Of a stretch of DNA of 64,000 bases, positions 56,729 through 64,000 are shown piece after piece. The translations under genes and the position numbers were made by a program. Below the pieces are notes generated by a model that had not been told where the DNA came from, did not search any database, and saw only the letters and a program-made list of their open reading frames with translations. This stretch comes from Escherichia coli. GTDB lineage: Bacteria; Pseudomonadota; Gammaproteobacteria; Enterobacterales; Enterobacteriaceae. Position 1 is the first letter of the stretch. Each line of letters opens with the position of its first letter. The stretch is from assembly GCF_016903815.1 (NCBI RefSeq), contig NZ_CP069973.1. One strand, written 5' to 3'.

Positions 56729-58750
56729 ATGAGTAAACCGTTCAAACTGAATTCCGCTTTTAAACCTTCTGGCGATCAGCCAGAGGCGATTCGACGTCTC
56801 GAAGAGGGGCTGGAAGATGGCCTGGCGCACCAGACGTTACTTGGCGTGACTGGCTCCGGGAAAACCTTCACCATTGCCAATGTCATTGCTGATCTTCAGC
56901 GCCCTACCATGGTACTTGCGCCCAACAAAACGCTGGCGGCCCAGTTGTATGGCGAAATGAAAGAGTTCTTCCCGGAAAACGCGGTGGAATATTTCGTCTC
57001 CTACTACGACTACTATCAGCCGGAAGCCTATGTACCGAGTTCCGACACCTTCATTGAGAAAGATGCCTCGGTTAACGAACATATTGAACAGATGCGTTTG
57101 TCCGCCACCAAAGCGATGCTGGAGCGGCGTGATGTGGTTGTGGTGGCGTCTGTTTCCGCGATTTATGGTCTGGGCGATCCTGATTTATATCTCAAGATGA
57201 TGCTCCATCTCACGGTCGGCATGATTATCGATCAGCGCGCGATCCTGCGCCGACTGGCGGAGCTGCAATACGCTCGTAATGATCAGGCATTCCAGCGTGG
57301 TACTTTCCGCGTTCGTGGTGAGGTGATTGATATCTTCCCGGCAGAATCGGATGACATTGCACTTCGCGTGGAGCTGTTTGACGAGGAAGTGGAACGATTG
57401 TCGTTATTTGACCCGCTCACCGGGCAGATTGTTTCCACTATTCCACGTTTTACCATCTACCCGAAAACGCACTACGTCACGCCGCGCGAGCGCATCGTAC
57501 AGGCGATGGAAGAGATCAAAGAAGAACTGGCCGCCAGACGCAAAGTGCTGTTGGAGAACAACAAGTTGCTTGAAGAGCAGCGGCTGACCCAGCGTACCCA
57601 GTTTGATCTGGAGATGATGAACGAGCTGGGCTACTGTTCCGGGATTGAGAACTACTCGCGCTTCCTCTCCGGTCGTGGACCGGGTGAGCCACCGCCGACG
57701 CTGTTTGATTACCTGCCTGCCGATGGGCTGCTGGTGGTCGATGAATCACACGTCACCATTCCGCAAATTGGCGGCATGTATCGCGGTGACCGGGCGCGTA
57801 AAGAGACGCTGGTGGAGTACGGCTTCCGCCTGCCATCAGCGCTGGATAACCGTCCGCTGAAATTTGAAGAGTTCGAAGCATTAGCGCCGCAAACCATCTA
57901 TGTTTCGGCGACGCCGGGTAATTACGAGCTGGAAAAATCCGGCGGCGATGTGGTGGATCAGGTGGTGCGTCCAACCGGATTGCTTGACCCGATAATTGAA
58001 GTGCGGCCGGTGGCGACACAGGTTGATGATCTTCTTTCGGAGATTCGTCAGCGAGCGGCAATTAACGAACGCGTACTGGTTACAACTCTGACCAAGCGAA
58101 TGGCGGAAGATCTCACGGAATATCTCGAAGAACACGGCGAGCGCGTGCGTTATCTTCACTCCGATATCGACACCGTCGAGCGTATGGAGATTATCCGCGA
58201 CTTGCGTCTGGGTGAGTTCGACGTGCTGGTAGGGATCAACTTACTGCGCGAAGGTCTGGATATGCCGGAAGTGTCGCTGGTGGCGATCCTCGACGCTGAC
58301 AAAGAAGGCTTCCTACGTTCCGAACGTTCGTTGATCCAGACTATTGGTCGTGCGGCGCGTAACGTTAACGGTAAAGCGATTCTCTACGGCGATAAGATCA
58401 CCCCGTCAATGGCGAAAGCGATTGGCGAAACCGAACGTCGTCGCGAGAAACAGCAGAAGTACAACGAGGAACACGGTATTACGCCGCAGGGCTTGAACAA
58501 GAAAGTGGTCGATATCCTGGCGCTGGGGCAGAACATTGCTAAAACCAAAGCGAAGGGCAGAGGAAAATCGCGACCGATTGTTGAGCCGGATAATGTGCCG
58601 ATGGATATGTCGCCGAAAGCGTTACAGCAGAAAATCCATGAACTGGAAGGGCTGATGATGCAACACGCGCAAAATCTGGAGTTCGAAGAAGCGGCGCAAA
58701 TTCGTGACCAGTTGCATCAGCTGCGTGAGTTGTTTATTGCCGCGTCGTGA
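56729..58750 (+). CDS. uvrB: Excinuclease ABC subunit B
   Basis: 673 aa, helicase motifs including GVTGSGKT. Confidence 0.98.
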
Positions 58751-58757
58751 CAAGATG

Positions 58758-58786
58758 ACGAAGCCGGAATATTCTTCCGGCTTCGT
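58758..58786. terminator. Bidirectional hairpin terminator between uvrB and ybhK
   Basis: acgaagccggaa-tatt-cttccggcttcgt. Confidence 0.7.
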
Positions 58787-58787
58787 G

Positions 58788-59756
<969 letters not shown>

Positions 59757-59893
59757 TTAACCTGCCAATATTGAGGATACAAACTATTTTCTTCTACCTC
59801 TAAAGGACGATGCACGCTATGCCTCTCTGATGATGTATATCAAAGTAAAACCGCCATTTTCCCTTATTCTGTAGCGAAATAGCACGATCATGA

Positions 59894-59917
59894 CGCTATA
59901 TACATGATTACATAGCG
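59894..59917. promoter_or_regulatory. Putative ModE operator in the moaA promoter
   Basis: cgctatatacatgattacatagcg, a palindromic CGCTAT...ATAGCG site with an internal TATAT half-site. Confidence 0.6.
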
Positions 59918-59939
59918 AAAGTGTGGATGGTAAAAATCT

Positions 59940-60092
59940 CATTTACGCGCTAGTATCGGCTTAACCACTAAACACTCTAGCCTCTGCACCTGGGTCAACT
60001 GATACGGTGCTTTGGCCGTGACAATGCTCGTAAAGATTGCCACCAGGGCGAAGGAAGAAATGACTTCGCCTCCCGTATCTGGAAAGGTGTAC
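59940..60092 (+). ncRNA. Molybdenum cofactor (Moco) riboswitch in the moaA 5' leader
   Basis: About 150-nt structured leader directly upstream of the moaA start with the conserved ...gccuccc... segment adjacent to the RBS; position matches the described moaABCDE leader. Boundaries approximate. Confidence 0.6.
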
Positions 60093-61082
60093 ATGGCTTC
60101 ACAACTGACTGATGCATTTGCGCGTAAGTTTTACTACTTGCGCCTGTCGATTACTGATGTGTGTAACTTTCGTTGCACCTACTGCCTGCCGGATGGCTAC
60201 AAACCGAGCGGCGTCACCAATAAAGGCTTTCTTACCGTCGATGAAATTCGCCGGGTTACGCGCGCCTTTGCCAGTCTGGGCACCGAAAAAGTGCGCCTGA
60301 CAGGCGGTGAGCCGTCTTTACGCCGCGACTTTACCGATATCATCGCCGCTGTGCGGGAAAACGACGCTATCCGCCAGATTGCGGTCACCACCAATGGTTA
60401 CCGTCTGGAACGCGATGTGGCGAACTGGCGCGATGCGGGACTTACTGGCATCAACGTCAGCGTTGATAGCCTTGACGCTCGCCAGTTTCATGCCATTACC
60501 GGGCAGGATAAATTCAACCAGGTCATGGCAGGGATCGATGCTGCATTTGAGGCCGGTTTTGAGAAGGTCAAAGTCAATACCGTGCTGATGCGTGATGTTA
60601 ATCATCATCAGCTCGACACCTTTCTGAACTGGATCCAGCATCGCCCTATCCAGCTGCGTTTCATCGAATTGATGGAAACGGGCGAGGGCAGCGAGCTCTT
60701 CCGTAAGCATCACATCTCTGGTCAGGTTCTGCGTGACGAGCTACTGCGTCGCGGCTGGATCCACCAATTACGTCAACGCAGCGACGGTCCCGCGCAAGTC
60801 TTTTGTCATCCGGATTACGCCGGAGAGATTGGCCTTATCATGCCGTATGAAAAAGACTTCTGCGCCACTTGCAACCGCCTGCGCGTTTCCTCCATTGGTA
60901 AACTCCATCTCTGCCTGTTTGGTGAAGGCGGCGTTAACCTGCGCGATCTGCTGGAAGACGATACCCAGCAACAGGCGCTGGAAGCGCGTATTTCAGCGGC
61001 GCTGCGGGAGAAGAAACAGACCCATTTCCTGCACCAAAACAACACCGGTATTACGCAAAACTTATCGTACATTGGCGGCTAA
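60093..61082 (+). CDS. moaA: GTP 3',8-cyclase (radical SAM)
   Basis: [31 protein letters not shown]...; ORF track extends 27 codons upstream (60012), across the riboswitch. Confidence 0.97.
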
Positions 61083-61103
61083 AACGTCAAAAGGAGAGAT
61101 CAG

Positions 61104-61616
61104 ATGAGTCAGGTAAGCACTGAATTTATCCCGACCCGTATTGCTATTCTTACGGTTTCTAATCGTCGTGGTGAAGAAGACGATACCTCCGGTCACTATC
61201 TGCGCGATTCGGCGCAGGAAGCGGGCCATCACGTTGTCGATAAAGCCATTGTGAAAGAAAACCGCTACGCTATTCGCGCTCAGGTATCTGCGTGGATCGC
61301 CAGCGACGATGTACAAGTGGTATTGATTACGGGGGGGACTGGCCTGACGGAAGGAGATCAGGCTCCCGAAGCGCTGCTGCCGTTGTTCGACCGTGAAGTT
61401 GAAGGTTTTGGTGAAGTGTTCCGGATGTTGTCGTTCGAAGAGATTGGCACTTCCACGTTGCAATCTCGTGCGGTAGCGGGCGTCGCTAACAAAACGCTGA
61501 TTTTCGCCATGCCGGGTTCGACCAAAGCGTGCCGTACCGCATGGGAAAATATCATTGCGCCGCAGCTCGATGCCCGTACGCGTCCGTGTAATTTCCATCC
61601 ACATTTGAAGAAATAA
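61104..61616 (+). CDS. moaB: Molybdenum cofactor biosynthesis protein B
   Basis: 170 aa. Confidence 0.97.
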
Positions 61617-61618
61617 GT

Positions 61619-62104
61619 ATGTCGCAACTGACCCATATCAACGCCGCTGGCGAAGCGCACATGGTGGATGTCTCCGCCAAAGCGGAAACCGTGCGTGAAG
61701 CGCGCGCCGAAGCCTTTGTCACCATGCGCAGCGAGACGCTGGCGATGATTATTGATGGTCGCCACCACAAAGGCGACGTATTTGCCACTGCGCGTATCGC
61801 CGGTATTCAGGCGGCAAAACGCACCTGGGATCTGATCCCGCTGTGTCACCCGCTGATGCTCAGCAAAGTTGAAGTCAATTTACAGGCCGAGCCGGAGCAC
61901 AATCGGGTACGTATAGAAACCTTATGCCGCCTGACCGGGAAAACCGGTGTCGAAATGGAAGCGTTAACCGCGGCCTCCGTGGCGGCGCTGACCATTTATG
62001 ACATGTGCAAAGCGGTGCAAAAAGATATGGTAATTGGTCCGGTACGTTTGCTGGCGAAGAGTGGCGGCAAGTCGGGTGACTTTAAGGTGGAAGCGGATGA
62101 TTAA
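61619..62104 (+). CDS. moaC: Cyclic pyranopterin monophosphate synthase
   Basis: 161 aa. Confidence 0.97.
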
Positions 62105-62342
62105 AGTTCTTTTTTTCGCCCAGGTGCGCGAGTTGGTGGGAACAGATGCAACCGAAGTGGCTGCAGATTTCCCAACCGTTGAAGCGTTACGCCAACATCT
62201 GGCTGCGCAGAGCGATCGCTGGGCGCTGGCGCTGGAAGATGGCAAATTGCTGGCTGCCGTCAACCAGACGCTGGTGAGTTTTGACCATCCGCTGACTGAC
62301 GGCGACGAAGTGGCTTTCTTCCCGCCGGTAACCGGAGGTTAA
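62097..62342 (+). CDS. moaD: Molybdopterin synthase sulfur-carrier subunit
   Basis: [15 protein letters not shown]...PPVTGG, 81 aa with C-terminal GG; ORF track starts at an upstream in-frame Met (62034) inside moaC. Confidence 0.95.
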
Positions 62343-62343
62343 G

Positions 62344-62796
62344 ATGGCAGAAACCAAAATTGTTGTCGGCCCGCAGCCATTCAGCGTAGGAGAAGAGTAT
62401 CCGTGGCTGGCGGAGCGTGATGAAGACGGTGCGGTAGTCACCTTTACCGGTAAGGTGCGCAACCATAACCTTGGCGACAGCGTCAAAGCATTAACCCTCG
62501 AACACTATCCGGGGATGACTGAAAAAGCACTGGCAGAAATTGTCGATGAAGCGCGTAACCGCTGGCCGCTGGGGCGCGTCACGGTGATTCACCGCATCGG
62601 GGAATTATGGCCGGGCGATGAAATCGTTTTTGTCGGTGTCACCAGTGCGCATCGCAGCAGTGCGTTTGAAGCCGGGCAGTTTATTATGGATTATCTCAAA
62701 ACCCGCGCACCGTTCTGGAAGCGCGAAGCCACGCCGGAAGGCGACCGCTGGGTCGAAGCCCGGGAGAGCGATCAGCAGGCGGCAAAACGCTGGTAG
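62344..62796 (+). CDS. moaE: Molybdopterin synthase catalytic subunit
   Basis: 150 aa. Confidence 0.97.
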   Translation: MAETKIVVGPQPFSVGEEYPWLAERDEDGAVVTFTGKVRNHNLGDSVKALTLEHYPGMTEKALAEIVDEARNRWPLGRVTVIHRIGELWPGDEIVFVGVTSAHRSSAFEAGQFIMDYLKTRAPFWKREATPEGDRWVEARESDQQAAKRW

Positions 62797-62932
62797 TTTT
62801 TTGTTAGCCGGATAAGGCACAGCTGCGTCCGGCAATTTCACCGCTCAGTACATGTGTTTACGCTGCGTCGATGCACAGCCTCATCATTTTGCAGTATCCT
62901 TAAGATATTCCTTATATCTTCAGGAGATCGTC

Positions 62933-63637
62933 ATGGACAGATTCCCACGTTCTGATTCAATTGTACAACTCCGGGCTGGCTTGCAAACTTATATGGCGCA
63001 AGTCTATGGCTGGATGACCGTTGGCTTGTTGCTGACCGCATTTGTTGCCTGGTATGCGGCTAATTCCGCGGCCGTGATGGAGCTGTTGTTCACTAACCGT
63101 GTCTTTTTAATCGGTCTGATCATCGCGCAATTAGCATTGGTTATTGTGTTATCAGCGATGATTCAAAAGCTGAGCGCAGGTGTAACGACGATGCTCTTTA
63201 TGCTTTATTCGGCGCTGACGGGTCTTACGCTTTCCAGTATTTTCATTGTCTATACCGCTGCTTCTATCGCCAGTACTTTCGTCGTTACTGCCGGGATGTT
63301 TGGCGCAATGAGCCTGTACGGTTACACCACGAAGCGCGATCTAAGCGGCTTTGGCAATATGCTGTTTATGGCGTTAATCGGCATTGTGCTGGCATCGCTG
63401 GTCAACTTCTGGCTGAAAAGCGAAGCATTGATGTGGGCAGTCACCTACATCAGCGTGATTGTCTTTGTCGGATTGACGGCGTATGACACTCAGAAATTGA
63501 AAAATATGGGTGAGCAGATTGATACCCGCGACACGTCGAACCTGCGCAAATATTCCATTCTTGGCGCGTTAACCTTGTATCTGGACTTCATCAACCTGTT
63601 CCTGATGTTGCTGCGGATCTTCGGCAACCGCCGTTAA
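62933..63637 (+). CDS. ybhL: BAX inhibitor-1/YccA-family inner membrane protein YbhL
   Basis: MDRFPRSDSIVQLRAGLQTYMAQVYGWMTVGLL...; start trimmed from ORF 62852. Confidence 0.92.
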   Translation: MDRFPRSDSIVQLRAGLQTYMAQVYGWMTVGLLLTAFVAWYAANSAAVMELLFTNRVFLIGLIIAQLALVIVLSAMIQKLSAGVTTMLFMLYSALTGLTLSSIFIVYTAASIASTFVVTAGMFGAMSLYGYTTKRDLSGFGNMLFMALIGIVLASLVNFWLKSEALMWAVTYISVIVFVGLTAYDTQKLKNMGEQIDTRDTSNLRKYSILGALTLYLDFINLFLMLLRIFGNRR

Positions 63638-63654
63638 TTCTTTTTCACCATCAA

Positions 63655-63682
63655 TATCCCGGCCATGTGTCGGGATTTTTTT
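63655..63682 (+). terminator. Rho-independent terminator after ybhL
   Basis: atcccgg-ccatgtgt-cgggattttttt. Confidence 0.7.
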
Positions 63683-63684
63683 GT

Positions 63685-64000
63685 GCACAGAAAACCCCCA
63701 GCTAGGCTGGGGGTTCCGGAAAGCTTTCAGCTTTGAGCCAGTTATTAAAACCCCTTTTGATTTGTTAAAACACCTTGCGGTCTGGCAACTGCAAGTGTCA
63801 AACAAGAAATCAAAAGGGGGTCCCAATGGGGAACGAAAAGAGCTTAGCGCACACCCGATGGAACTGTAAATATCACATAGTTTTTGCGCCAAAATACCGA
63901 AGACAGGTGTTCTACAGAGAGAAGCGTAGAGCAATAGGCAGTATTTTGAGAAAGCTGTGTGAGTGGAAAAGCGTACGGATTCTGGAAGCTGAATGCTGTG
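63685..64000 (+). mobile_element. tnpA: IS200/IS605-family insertion sequence, left end plus 5' part of tnpA (continues beyond window end)
   Basis: Terminal hairpin aaaacccccagc-tagg-ctgggggtt at 63691-63715; a second inverted repeat (63751-63765 with 63803-63820) that would sequester the aaaggggg RBS; ORF from ATG 63826 translating MGNEKSLAHTRWNCKYHIVFAPKYRRQVFYREKRRAIGSILRKLCEWKSVRILEAEC, the conserved N-terminus of IS200 Y1 (HUH) transposases. Left boundary approximate. Confidence 0.8.

Noticed and set aside
62797-62850. REP element after moaE
   Set aside because: gttagccggataaggcacagctgcgtccggc has only partial resemblance to the REP consensus; too weak to call without alignment.

Overview
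This window reads as Escherichia coli chromosome, in two parts. Positions 1-14.1 kb are an accessory segment: a partial RtcB-family gene, a LysR-type regulator, and a nine-gene minus-strand operon encoding a complete B12-dependent glutamate-to-mesaconate/citramalate (methylaspartate) pathway, followed by two AT-rich orphan genes of unknown function. From 14.1 kb onward it is the conserved core backbone: cydABX-ybgE, ybgC-tolQRA-tolB-pal-cpoB, the seven-gene lysT/valT tRNA operon, nadA-pnuC, zitB, ybgS, aroG, gpmA, galETKM, modFE, acrZ, modABC, ybhA, pgl, ybhD/H/I/J/C/B, bioA/bioBFCD, uvrB, ybhK, moaABCDE and ybhL, ending in an IS200-family element cut by the window edge. The most interesting candidates for something undescribed are the two orphan genes at 12628-14075 and an uncharacterised two-protein pair embedded in the middle of the glutamate operon (5851-7535). 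All calls rest on reading the supplied ORF translations and the DNA by eye against remembered protein families and E. coli operator sequences; no searches were run. Coordinates of core genes were trimmed from the ORF track to the conserved start codons where I recognise the N-terminus.
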